A DNA stretch of 64,000 nt, taken from contig JBKBWZ010000001.1 of the NCBI GenBank assembly GCA_046314385.1, positions 863,991-927,990 on the forward strand. Reading direction: 5' to 3'. The DNA comes from Alphaproteobacteria bacterium. GTDB taxonomy: Bacteria > Pseudomonadota > Alphaproteobacteria > Micavibrionales > UBA2020. Under the pieces are notes generated by a model that made no database searches, had not been told where the DNA came from, and saw only the letters and a list, made by a program, of their open reading frames with translations. Position numbers and translations under genes: made by a program. This document shows positions 19,708 through 28,612 of this stretch, piece by piece (the first letter of the stretch is position 1; every line of letters begins with the position of its first letter).

Positions 19708-20754
19708 ATGGCGAAAGCCCGCCCGCACATGACCGCTGCCGATACGGCAGCGCCGGTCAGCAACCTGCCTGTCAAACTCCCTGCTCCCGCCAACAGGACG
19801 AGCCGCCACGCCCGCAATCCGGGCTTCGACCTCAACCTTGAATGGCTGGAAGGCGTCGAAGTGAATTTCAGCGCCGTGGAGCGCCGCACCGCCACCCTGC
19901 TCGGCCGCCGCACGGTCAAGAAAGAATGGCAGGCCGCTTGGCTGCTCAAGGCGCTGACCTGCATCGACCTGACCACACTGAACGGCGACGACACCGTGGG
20001 CCGCGTCAAACGCCTCTGCGCCAAGGCCAAAAAGCCCCTGCGCGATGATATTGCCGAAGCGCTCGGCGTTGCCGACCGCCCCATCACCACGGGCGCGGTC
20101 TGCGTTTATCACGAAATGGTCGATACCGCGGTGCGCGAACTGGAAGGCACAGGCATTCCCGTCGCCGCCGTATCCGCCGGCTTCCCGCATGGCATGTCGC
20201 CGCTGAAACAGCGCCTGGCCGAGATCCGCGCCTCTGTCGCGGCGGGCGCAAAGGAAATCGACATCGTCATCACCCGCGGCCATGTGCTGACCGGCAACTG
20301 GCAGGCGCTCTATGATGAAGTGAAGCAAATGCGCGAAGCTTGCGGTGATGCGCGTTTGAAATCCATTCTGGCCACAGGTGAACTCGCCACGCTGCGCAAC
20401 GTCGCCAAGGCGTCACTTGTCGCGATGATGGCAGGGTCGGATTTCATCAAGACCTCCACCGGCAAAGAAAACGTAAATGCGAACCTGAACGTCTCGCTCA
20501 TCATGATCCGCATGATCCGCGAATTTGACGAACAGACCGGATACAAAATCGCCTATAAACCCGCCGGCGGCCTTTCGACCGCCAAGGACATCATGAATTA
20601 CCAGTTCCTGATGAAAGAAGAACTGGGCAACCCGTGGCTGGAGCCTGACCTGTTCCGCGTCGGCGCGTCTTCCCTGCTCGGCGATATCGAACGCCAGCTG
20701 GAACACTTCGTCACCGGCCGCTATTCCGCGAATAACCGCCACCCGATGGCGTAG
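19708..20754 (+). CDS. deoC: Deoxyribose-phosphate aldolase, long form
   Basis: Schiff-base region DFIKTSTGK and IDIVI. 348 aa, with the start at MAKARPH. Confidence 0.85.
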   Translation: MAKARPHMTAADTAAPVSNLPVKLPAPANRTSRHARNPGFDLNLEWLEGVEVNFSAVERRTATLLGRRTVKKEWQAAWLLKALTCIDLTTLNGDDTVGRVKRLCAKAKKPLRDDIAEALGVADRPITTGAVCVYHEMVDTAVRELEGTGIPVAAVSAGFPHGMSPLKQRLAEIRASVAAGAKEIDIVITRGHVLTGNWQALYDEVKQMREACGDARLKSILATGELATLRNVAKASLVAMMAGSDFIKTSTGKENVNANLNVSLIMIRMIREFDEQTGYKIAYKPAGGLSTAKDIMNYQFLMKEELGNPWLEPDLFRVGASSLLGDIERQLEHFVTGRYSANNRHPMA

Positions 20755-20765
20755 GGAGACCCGAT

Positions 20766-20969
20766 ATGGGCAATAAAGATTTTAACAGAAACAGCAATCC
20801 TATCACGCAGGACGATCTCGACCGGTTGAAAGCCGCCCGCGCCGCTGACCCGAATTGGGAGAAAGCGATTGCACGCGCGGTAGAAGCCGAAGCCGCCCTT
20901 TCGCCCAAAGACGATCCGGCAGAGGGAAAAATCATTATCAGCAAGAGCGTGCCGAAGCCGCAGCGATAA
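20766..20969 (+). CDS. Small hypothetical protein (67 aa)
   Basis: GGGAGA RBS 8 nt upstream. It fills the deoC-ALDH gap. No recognisable domain. Confidence 0.4.
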   Translation: MGNKDFNRNSNPITQDDLDRLKAARAADPNWEKAIARAVEAEAALSPKDDPAEGKIIISKSVPKPQR

Positions 20970-21037
20970 CAACACAATCGCGCCTGCACAGTATTTGTGC
21001 GGGCATAGCGCAAAGAAAGATTAAGGGAGACCACCAC

Positions 21038-23464
21038 ATGTCCGCAAAAGTTGCAGAAATTTTCGACACCATGGAATACGGGCCGGCGCCGGAGACGGAA
21101 AAAACCGCCCTGCAATGGCTGGATCAAAAAGACAGAACCATCGGCCATTTTATAGGCGGCAAATGGGTCGTTCCCGCCAAATCGAAATGGTTTGACACCG
21201 TTAACCCCGCGACGGGCGACAAGCTCGCCAAAGTCGCCTGCGGTACCAAAGCAGATGTCGATGCCGCCGTGAAGGCCGCAAAAACGGCGCTGAAGAAATG
21301 GCAGGCGCTCGACAATCATGCGCGTGCAAAATGTCTTTATGCCCTCGCCCGCCTGATCCAGAAAAATTCCCGCCTGCTGGCCGTGCTGGAAACATTAGAC
21401 AACGGCAAGCCGATACGCGAGACGCGCGATATCGACGTTGCCCTCGCCGCGCGGCATTTCTATCACCATGCCGGCTGGGCGCAAATTCTGGATACCGAAT
21501 TCCCCGGTTATACCGCGCACGGCGTGGTCGGTCAGGTTATTCCGTGGAATTTCCCTTTCCTGATGATGGCGTGGAAAATTGCTCCTGCGCTTGCCGCGGG
21601 CAATACCGTTGTCCTGAAACCTGCCGAATTCACACCGCTGACCGCTGCTTTGTTTGCTGACCTCTGCCTCGAAGCCGGCATCCCTGCGGGTGTCATCAAC
21701 ATCGTACAAGGCGATGGCAGCACAGGCGCGGAAATCACCAAACATCCGGACATCGCCAAAATCGCCTTTACCGGATCGACCGATGTCGGCCGTTTGATCC
21801 GCCAGACCACGGCAGGCAGCGCCAAGGCGCTCACGCTGGAGCTGGGCGGCAAATCACCCACCATCGTTTTTGAAAATGCCGATCTGGATAGCGCGGTCGA
21901 AGGCGTTGTCGATGGCATCTGGCTTAATCAGGGTGAAGTCTGCTGCGCCGGTTCGCGCCTGCTGTTGCAGGAAGGCATCGCCGACAAAATGATTAAAAAG
22001 CTGAAACGCCGCATGGCGCAGCTGCGCGTCGGCTCGCCGCTCGACAAAGCCATCGACATGGGGGCACTGGCCAGCGAAGAACAGCTGCAAAAAATCACCC
22101 GCCTCGTCAAACAAGGCGTCAAGGAAGGCGCAGAACTGGTGCAACCCGGCAAAGACGCCTGCCCGACCAAAGGCTGCTTCTATCCGCCCACCATGCTGCT
22201 CAACGTGCAGTCGTCTGCAACGGTGGCGGAGGTTGAAATTTTTGGCCCTGTCGTAACCGTCATGACCTTCCGCACACCCGAAGAGGCCGTGCAGCTCGCA
22301 AATAATACCCGCTACGGCCTTGCCGCAAGTATCTGGAGCGAGAACATCAACCTCGCCCTCGATATCGCGCCGAAGATCAAGGCAGGCGTGGTCTGGATCA
22401 ATTCCACCAATATGTTTGACGCTGCCTGCGGCTTTGGCGGTTACCGCGAATCCGGCTTTGGCCGCGAAGGCGGCCGCGAAGGCATGTATGCCTATCTGAA
22501 GCCGGATTTCATCGAGGATTTGCCCGTATATAAAGACGGCAAATCCGCACTCTCCGCCGCAAAACACGTGCCCGCCGTCGAAGGGCTCGACGCCATCGAC
22601 CGCACCGCCAAGCTTTATATCGGCGGCAAGCAGGCACGCCCCGATGGTGCCTATAGCCTCTCTATCCTGAATGCCAAAGGCAAATTGGCCGGGCAGGTCG
22701 GCGAAGGCAATCGCAAAGATATTCGCAACGCCGTCGAAGCCGCCAAGAAAGCCGAAGGCTGGGGCAAGGCCGCACATCACCTGCGCGCGCAGATCCTCTA
22801 TTACATCGCCGAAAATCTGTCGGCGCGCGCCGATGAATTTAAAAAACGCCTGATCGACCTGACGGGCGCAACGCCTGCACAGGCGAAAAAAGAAGTCGAC
22901 GAAAGCATCCGCCGCTTGTTCACCTACGGCGCCTGGGCCGACAAATACGATGGCGATGTGCATTATCCGCCCGCACGTTTTGTGGCTGTCGCCATGAAAG
23001 AGCCCGTGGGCACGCTCGGCATCGTCTGCCCCGATGAAAATCCGCTGCTGGGTTTCGTCTCCCTCTTCGCCCCCGCGATGGCGATGGGCTGCCGCAGCGT
23101 GATTGTACCGTCTGAAAAATACCCGCTGCTGGCAACCGACCTCTATCAGATCTTTGATACATCGGACGTACCCGCGGGCGCGATCAATATCGTGACCGGC
23201 CACCGTGCCGAGCTGACCAAGACGCTGGCCGAGCATGACGATGTTGATGCCATCTGGTATTTCGGCTCTGACACCACAGGCAGCCTGCTTGTTGAAAAAT
23301 CATCGACCGGCAACCTGAAACGTACCTGGGTCAATAACGGCAAACGCCGTGACTGGTTTGACCGCACGCAAGCCGAAGGCGAAGAATTCCTCCGCTACGC
23401 GACCGAGATCAAAAACGTCTGGGTACCTTACGGCGAAGGCGAAGGCGGCGGCAAGGCATACTAA
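21038..23464 (+). CDS. Aldehyde dehydrogenase fused to a second, truncated ALDH-like domain (808 aa)
   Basis: N-terminal half carries ELGGKSP and the catalytic EVCCAGSR. The C-terminal ~300 aa repeats only the NAD-binding-half pattern (YIGGK...VTGH...) and has no catalytic Cys region. RBS is AAGGGAGA. Confidence 0.88.
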   Translation: MSAKVAEIFDTMEYGPAPETEKTALQWLDQKDRTIGHFIGGKWVVPAKSKWFDTVNPATGDKLAKVACGTKADVDAAVKAAKTALKKWQALDNHARAKCLYALARLIQKNSRLLAVLETLDNGKPIRETRDIDVALAARHFYHHAGWAQILDTEFPGYTAHGVVGQVIPWNFPFLMMAWKIAPALAAGNTVVLKPAEFTPLTAALFADLCLEAGIPAGVINIVQGDGSTGAEITKHPDIAKIAFTGSTDVGRLIRQTTAGSAKALTLELGGKSPTIVFENADLDSAVEGVVDGIWLNQGEVCCAGSRLLLQEGIADKMIKKLKRRMAQLRVGSPLDKAIDMGALASEEQLQKITRLVKQGVKEGAELVQPGKDACPTKGCFYPPTMLLNVQSSATVAEVEIFGPVVTVMTFRTPEEAVQLANNTRYGLAASIWSENINLALDIAPKIKAGVVWINSTNMFDAACGFGGYRESGFGREGGREGMYAYLKPDFIEDLPVYKDGKSALSAAKHVPAVEGLDAIDRTAKLYIGGKQARPDGAYSLSILNAKGKLAGQVGEGNRKDIRNAVEAAKKAEGWGKAAHHLRAQILYYIAENLSARADEFKKRLIDLTGATPAQAKKEVDESIRRLFTYGAWADKYDGDVHYPPARFVAVAMKEPVGTLGIVCPDENPLLGFVSLFAPAMAMGCRSVIVPSEKYPLLATDLYQIFDTSDVPAGAINIVTGHRAELTKTLAEHDDVDAIWYFGSDTTGSLLVEKSSTGNLKRTWVNNGKRRDWFDRTQAEGEEFLRYATEIKNVWVPYGEGEGGGKAY

Positions 23465-23483
23465 GCCAGCTGCCCCTGCGCAT

Positions 23484-23518
23484 AAAAAAAGCCCCGCATT
23501 ATTTGCGGGGCTTTTTTT
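23484..23518. terminator. Bidirectional rho-independent terminator
   Basis: AAAAAAAGCCCCGCA-ttatt-TGCGGGGCTTTTTTT between convergent genes. Confidence 0.8.
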
Positions 23519-23535
23519 ATGATTCGCCTTGGTTT

Positions 23536-24693
23536 TTAAGACGGTTTGTTCTTTTTGGTCTTGGTTGTATTTTTGGCTTTGCTTGTAGCGTCCGGTGCGG
23601 CCGCAGCCGATGCTTCCTGCACTTCGGGCGCAGACTTGGACGCGGGATATTGCGCTACGGTAATCTCGGCGGGTAAAAGCTTGCCGAAAGGATCATCGCC
23701 CTGCGAAATAATATTGGCAATCGGCTTGGCTTCGCTTTCGCTCAGGCCGAAACGCTGCTCGGCGAAATCGGCGCAGATTTTACCCACCAGCCCGACAAAG
23801 GCCAGTTTCTCCGGCGACAGATCAAGACCGGCGCTGAACTGCGCATCATACAGCTTCGAGCCCGCGCGCAGCAAACCGACCAGAATGCTGGCATCGGCCA
23901 TGTGCTGCGCCAGACGCATTTTATCGCTGGTCTCAAAACGCGTCGGATCGACGATCACGTATTCGATCATATTTTCGAGGGTTTTTTGTTTCTGGCGCTC
24001 GGTAAATTCTTCTCCGGCCAGATAGTCCGGCAGCTTGTGCAGCTTGGCAGACATCATTTCCAGCTCGGCCGTAAAAACAGGCCATGCCTTGTCGGCAGAC
24101 AGGTCTTCGGCGGTCGTTCCCTTGACCGGCTGGCCATTCACGATATAGGTGTAAATTTTTTCCCACGTATCCAGTACGGGCTTTTTCGCGGCTTCGCTGT
24201 GAAAGACCTTTTCAAGGCTCTCGCGGGTCATAAAAACTTCCCGCGCGATCGGCTCTTGCGTATCGACGGTAAAACTCTTTCCGTCCCCGTCAAAATGCTG
24301 GCCAAAATTATTGGCGAACTTGCGGTATGTCGCGCGCGATTGCGGCAGAGCGATAAATTCTTTTTCGCGGCAGCTTTCTTCGAAACGCTGCATGTAATGC
24401 AGCACTTCGGATGGATCATCCGCGATTTGACGGCGGCTCAGCTCGAAATACGCATCGCCATGCTTCAGGTCGCGCGATACCAGTGTCATACGCCAGTAAC
24501 TGTCGTTCGCGTCGTCTTTGACAGCGGCAAGATAATAGCGGCGGTTGCGGTATTCGGCGTCGGCATATTCCTGCGACATCACCCAGCGTGAACTGTCTTC
24601 CGGTTCGTCCCGATAGTCTTCGGGGACAAGACGCGGCTTTGCAAGCCACTCTTTCGGCTTGCCGCTGACCCATTCAAAGAAACGTCTGAGCAT
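23536..24693 (-). CDS. Hypothetical protein B (385 aa), TelA-cassette member
   Basis: 25 nt downstream of protein A. No TM segment or known motif seen. N-terminal block YYLAAVKDDANDSYWRM resembles protein A. Lys-rich C-terminal tail. Confidence 0.7.
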   Translation of the reverse strand: MLRRFFEWVSGKPKEWLAKPRLVPEDYRDEPEDSSRWVMSQEYADAEYRNRRYYLAAVKDDANDSYWRMTLVSRDLKHGDAYFELSRRQIADDPSEVLHYMQRFEESCREKEFIALPQSRATYRKFANNFGQHFDGDGKSFTVDTQEPIAREVFMTRESLEKVFHSEAAKKPVLDTWEKIYTYIVNGQPVKGTTAEDLSADKAWPVFTAELEMMSAKLHKLPDYLAGEEFTERQKQKTLENMIEYVIVDPTRFETSDKMRLAQHMADASILVGLLRAGSKLYDAQFSAGLDLSPEKLAFVGLVGKICADFAEQRFGLSESEAKPIANIISQGDDPFGKLLPAEITVAQYPASKSAPEVQEASAAAAPDATSKAKNTTKTKKNKPS

Positions 24694-24718
24694 TGACTGT
24701 CAAACCCCTTTCAGGAGA

Positions 24719-26134
24719 TCAGGGGTTCTGACCCGGTGCGGCTTTCGACTTTGCAGCTTGCTGGGAACGCAGCGCGCCTTCGTTATGCTCATCCGCAACA
24801 GGCGGCTTCACTTCGGCGGGCAAAACCTTGACCTGCGTGGCACCGGCGCGGCGCTGCTGGACTTTTTCCATGATATTGCCGCGCGATGTGTAATAGCGCG
24901 TCAGGAAACCCGGAACCCAGCCCGGAATCTGGTCTTTGCTCGGGCTGACAACCCAGGCTTTCAGCTTGTCCATCTGCTCTTGCGAGCCGCCCAGATCAAA
25001 GAATTTTTTCTGGGCCTGTTCAACCGAACGCACGATGTCGGTGATGGTATTGCCATCGGCATTCGACGGCGACATCACATCCTGCATCAGGCGGCTGCGG
25101 TTTTTGGATGCATGTACAAGGTTAAAGTACAGCTCCATCTCTGCCGCAAATTTCTGGAAGGGCTCGACATGCACGCCAAGGGCTTCGGCTTGCGACAGCT
25201 GTTCGTTCATTTCCGGGATGATATCGCGCAGCGCTTTTTTTGCTGCGGTTTCTTCGGTCATCGACGGCATCGCCGCGCGCGCCTGTTCGAGGATTTTTTT
25301 CTTTTCTGCCGGCTTCAGACCTTCGATACGATCAAAACCGTCATCTTTTCCTGCGGCAACCTGCGCTGCAAGATAAGCCGCGCCCACCTGCACTGCAAAC
25401 TGGTCCATGGCAATCAGAACTTTACCGATATTCAAAAGCTGGTCGAGAGAAGCACCCTTGTCTGCATGCGATGTAAAGATATCGGACAGAATGCCGCCTT
25501 CGATTTTTGCTTTGACCTGCGGCACATCACGCGCGCCATCGACTGCAAGAATTGATTTAACAACTTCGCTGCGCTGAAATGTTGCATCAGCAAAAATTTT
25601 ACCCTCGACACGGCGATACGGTTCGTTGTGTTCGTTAAAGGCGATACCTTCAATATTTGCAACGCCCTTGTAGTGTTCGAGGTCGTGGTAGTGCGCCTTG
25701 ATCTCGGGATAGTCGGTGGCAGGGTATTTGCCTTCGACTTCTTCGACAGCACGGGCATTCAGGTTGCTGGCAACATAATCTGCGCGCGCAAGATGGCTGA
25801 CCGCTTCGGCGAAAGTGACATCTTTGGCCTTGCCGTTGCCGTCTTTTACGTGGACTTCGGCAACGAATTTTCCATCTTTCTGATCCAGCGAAAAGATCAT
25901 GTAATGCATGACACGCCATTTGTCTTCTGCCGGGTCAACGCGCAGTGCCGCCCAGAATTCGATATGGTTTTCGACAAGGTTCAGGTTCTGGTAGGCATCG
26001 GTACGCATGGAGTCAAAGAACTGTGCCTTTGCGGGCAGCGCCGTGTTCAGGCCGTCATTCCACGATTCCGCTTCTTTTTCACGCGGTGCGGGTTTCTCGT
26101 CTTTTTTGCTGCTTGTAAACCAGTTCATCTTCAC
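24719..26134 (-). CDS. Hypothetical protein A (471 aa), TelA-cassette member
   Basis: No TM segment or known motif seen. N-terminal block FWAALRVDPAEDKWRVM. Ala/Lys/Pro-rich C-terminal tail. Confidence 0.7.
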   Translation of the reverse strand: MKMNWFTSSKKDEKPAPREKEAESWNDGLNTALPAKAQFFDSMRTDAYQNLNLVENHIEFWAALRVDPAEDKWRVMHYMIFSLDQKDGKFVAEVHVKDGNGKAKDVTFAEAVSHLARADYVASNLNARAVEEVEGKYPATDYPEIKAHYHDLEHYKGVANIEGIAFNEHNEPYRRVEGKIFADATFQRSEVVKSILAVDGARDVPQVKAKIEGGILSDIFTSHADKGASLDQLLNIGKVLIAMDQFAVQVGAAYLAAQVAAGKDDGFDRIEGLKPAEKKKILEQARAAMPSMTEETAAKKALRDIIPEMNEQLSQAEALGVHVEPFQKFAAEMELYFNLVHASKNRSRLMQDVMSPSNADGNTITDIVRSVEQAQKKFFDLGGSQEQMDKLKAWVVSPSKDQIPGWVPGFLTRYYTSRGNIMEKVQQRRAGATQVKVLPAEVKPPVADEHNEGALRSQQAAKSKAAPGQNP

Positions 26135-26191
26135 ACCATCCCTGAATGTATCGCTCGGTCGTTCATGTATTCATAAAGCATATCGTGAGGT

Positions 26192-26229
26192 AAAGAAAAG
26201 CTGGCGCCCGCCGAAGCGGAACGCCAGCT
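26192..26229 (-). terminator. Hairpin plus U-tract between the TelA-like gene and protein A (terminator/attenuator)
   Basis: On the minus strand: AGCTGGCG..CCGCTTCGGCGG..CGCCAGCT followed by TTTTCTTT. Confidence 0.55.
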
Positions 26230-26237
26230 GTCTTTGA

Positions 26238-27641
26238 TTACTTCGGACCGCGCGGACGACGCGCCCGTGCCGGCTTGTCGGCAGCAGCAGGCGTTGCAAC
26301 GCCTTCGCTGTTGTCGTTGGCCTGGCTGTCTTCCTGTTCTTTGCGCGCTTTTTCGGCGTTGTCTTCGGCGATTTTGATCGCTTCGAGCTGACGCGCTTTG
26401 CTGGAGTGGTCGGCAGCTTCGATGAGCTTGTCGGTGGCGCCACGCAGGGCTTTCGACGTCGCTTCGAGCTGCAGACGGCGCTTCTCGCGGTTTTCCGATT
26501 CGCTCTCGAGCAGGCGTTCCAGACGCTGGGCCGCTTCGATAAGCTTCTGCGGATCAATCGTGCCGCGCGCTTTGGAGTTTTGCGTCAGTTCATGCGCCTG
26601 TTCGATCATATGCTGGGTCTGGTCGTGCATACGGTCGCCCATTTCGTCGGCCTTTTTGATGGTCTGTGCGACCTTCAGCGAGGAACCGGCGATACCGGCG
26701 GCGACGAGCATTGCTTTCCACTCGTTCTGGCCGTTGCGCAGGATGTCCTGGATTTTCTTGCGCTGGTCTTCCATCGTCTCGATCATCTGCATCAGCTGTT
26801 GAGCGGCGATGACGGATGCGGCGCGGGAGCCTTCGAGAACCAGAATACGGTCTTCGAAATCGTCGCGGCGCTTCAGCACTTCTTTCATGTAGATTTCATC
26901 TTCGGGATCGCCCGATTCTTCGAAGTATTCGCGCGCCTGCGGAATGTATTCCTGGTCATAGCGGCGCATGACTTCTTTGGCGGCACCGAGGTAGACGCCA
27001 AGCTCGCGCGTGGCTTCGGTACGGGCCTTGCCGAGTTTTTCCGCTTCGCGGGTGACTTCGACGATACCTTTTTCGGTGTTTTCGATGTTCTTGACCATCT
27101 TCAGCAGGTCTTCGAGCATCTGCGGCAGGGCTTCCTGCATTTCCTTGACGACTTTTTCGTCTTCGGTGCGTTTTGCTTTGGCACCGGAAACTGCATCCCA
27201 CATGCCGCGCATCATTTTGGTGACACCCTTGACGCCGGTACCGGCTGCGCCCGCCATGCCGCTGAGGGCCTTGCGCGTCGCTTCGCCGAAGGTGTCAAGG
27301 TTCATGTCCTTGATGCCGTCTTCCAGTTTTCCGAAAGCCGTCGCCATGACGTTGACTTCGTTGTTGAATTTTGTCTGAACGCGGATCATTTCGTTCGCAA
27401 CTTTGCCAAGCTTATCAAGCGGCGGGTTGCCATAGCTGATGATGGCTTCGAAACTGTTCGGCGCCTTGTCGATCGGATCCATGACTTTCAGTTGCTCTTT
27501 GCGCAGCTCTTCGTCCGCCTCGGCAAAGTCAATCACGCCACCGCGCGCCCGCTTCATGCGATTCTGAACACGCTGATCATCGCCGCCCTCTTCCGCGGTG
27601 CGGTTAAACTGGGATTCGACGTTTTTTTGTTTATTCATCAT
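26238..27641 (-). CDS. TelA-family (toxic anion resistance / YaaN / KlaB-like) protein
   Basis: Recalled TelA blocks: IISYGNPPLDKLGKVANEMIRVQTK, LGVYLGAAKEV, SGDPEDE, DFEDRILVLEGSRAASVIAAQQ and NEWKAMLVAAG. The start is at MMNKQ with a GAGGAG RBS. Confidence 0.75.
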   Translation of the reverse strand: MMNKQKNVESQFNRTAEEGGDDQRVQNRMKRARGGVIDFAEADEELRKEQLKVMDPIDKAPNSFEAIISYGNPPLDKLGKVANEMIRVQTKFNNEVNVMATAFGKLEDGIKDMNLDTFGEATRKALSGMAGAAGTGVKGVTKMMRGMWDAVSGAKAKRTEDEKVVKEMQEALPQMLEDLLKMVKNIENTEKGIVEVTREAEKLGKARTEATRELGVYLGAAKEVMRRYDQEYIPQAREYFEESGDPEDEIYMKEVLKRRDDFEDRILVLEGSRAASVIAAQQLMQMIETMEDQRKKIQDILRNGQNEWKAMLVAAGIAGSSLKVAQTIKKADEMGDRMHDQTQHMIEQAHELTQNSKARGTIDPQKLIEAAQRLERLLESESENREKRRLQLEATSKALRGATDKLIEAADHSSKARQLEAIKIAEDNAEKARKEQEDSQANDNSEGVATPAAADKPARARRPRGPK

Positions 27642-27716
27642 TTCAGTGGGCTCCTCGGTGACTATGCGTGCACCAACGATGGGGGTTGCGGTTTTTATTT
27701 TTCCTAATCGAGACAA

Positions 27717-27745
27717 AAAGTACAAAAACGATGACATAATGTCAA
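27717..27745 (-). promoter_or_regulatory. Sigma70-like promoter candidate for the TelA-like gene (TTGACA-N17-TACTTT)
   Basis: Perfect -35 at 27745-27740 and -10 at 27722-27717 (minus strand), inside a ~300-nt AT-rich spacer. Confidence 0.4.
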
Positions 27746-27947
27746 GCGCAGATGTAAATAATTTTTTAACGATTGAAGCGGCAGATTATCCAATATTCAA
27801 ACAGATTGCAAACGCGATTATATTCATTTCTTTCAATAACTTATATTGCACTATCCCCAGAATCGCGCGCGGGGCTCAACGCATGTAGTGAAAAGCTGCA
27901 GCACCGGCTTGCGTAATATAATTACTCAGCGGCCCGTGCCCCTGCCC

Positions 27948-28589
27948 TTACGGTTTGGGCACGTGATAGGCAAAGATATCCTCGTGCGACCAGCCCGCCA
28001 GATCCGCGCGCACCACAGCGGGCAGCGCCTTGAACAAGCCGTCGGCTATATGCGTGCGGCCCTCATGCGCGAGCAGCTCATCGAGCTTTTCCTGAATAGC
28101 ATGCAGGTAGATGACGTCATAGCAGGCATAATCAAGCTGCGCATGCGTCAAATCCGGTGCGCCCCAGTTTGTGCATTGCTGTTCTTTTGAAATCTTGACG
28201 CCCAAAACATGTTTGGCGACATCTTCGAGGTCATGCGCCTGCGTATAGGTACGGGCGATACGTGATGCGATTTTCAGGCAATAGACGTTTTCAAGAATAA
28301 CATCGAGGTAATAACCGATCCACCGCATATCGCCGCGCGCGAAGTAAAACAATTTTTTCTTGGACGCATCCGACAGCAGTTTTTTGACGTTGGGGCAGTT
28401 GTAGTTGTCTTTTTCGAACTGCACCATATGCGTTTTGCCGCCTTCGCTGCGATCATAAATTTGCAGCAAGCACAGGCGGTCACGCCAGACATTCAGCCCC
28501 ATAAATTCGGTATCAATCGCCAGCGTATCGCCAAAGGTCAACCCGTCCGGCAGGTCGTTTTGATAAAGTACATATCGCGGTTCGGTCAT
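27948..28589 (-). CDS. rnd: Short-form RNase D-like 3'-5' exonuclease (DEDDy)
   Basis: Exo I at LAIDTEF, Exo II at FARGDMRW, Exo III at YACYDVIYLH. 213 aa. Confidence 0.85.
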   Translation of the reverse strand: MTEPRYVLYQNDLPDGLTFGDTLAIDTEFMGLNVWRDRLCLLQIYDRSEGGKTHMVQFEKDNYNCPNVKKLLSDASKKKLFYFARGDMRWIGYYLDVILENVYCLKIASRIARTYTQAHDLEDVAKHVLGVKISKEQQCTNWGAPDLTHAQLDYACYDVIYLHAIQEKLDELLAHEGRTHIADGLFKALPAVVRADLAGWSHEDIFAYHVPKP

Positions 28590-28612
28590 GATGCTTTGCG
28601 GCGTCCTGTTGT

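Noticed and set aside
27739-27888. Small plus-strand ORF (MSSADVNNFLTIEAADYPIFKQ...) in the AT-rich spacer upstream of the TelA-like gene
   Set aside because: It has no Shine-Dalgarno sequence and lies in what looks like the promoter region of the minus-strand cassette. Its composition is typical of non-coding AT-rich DNA.
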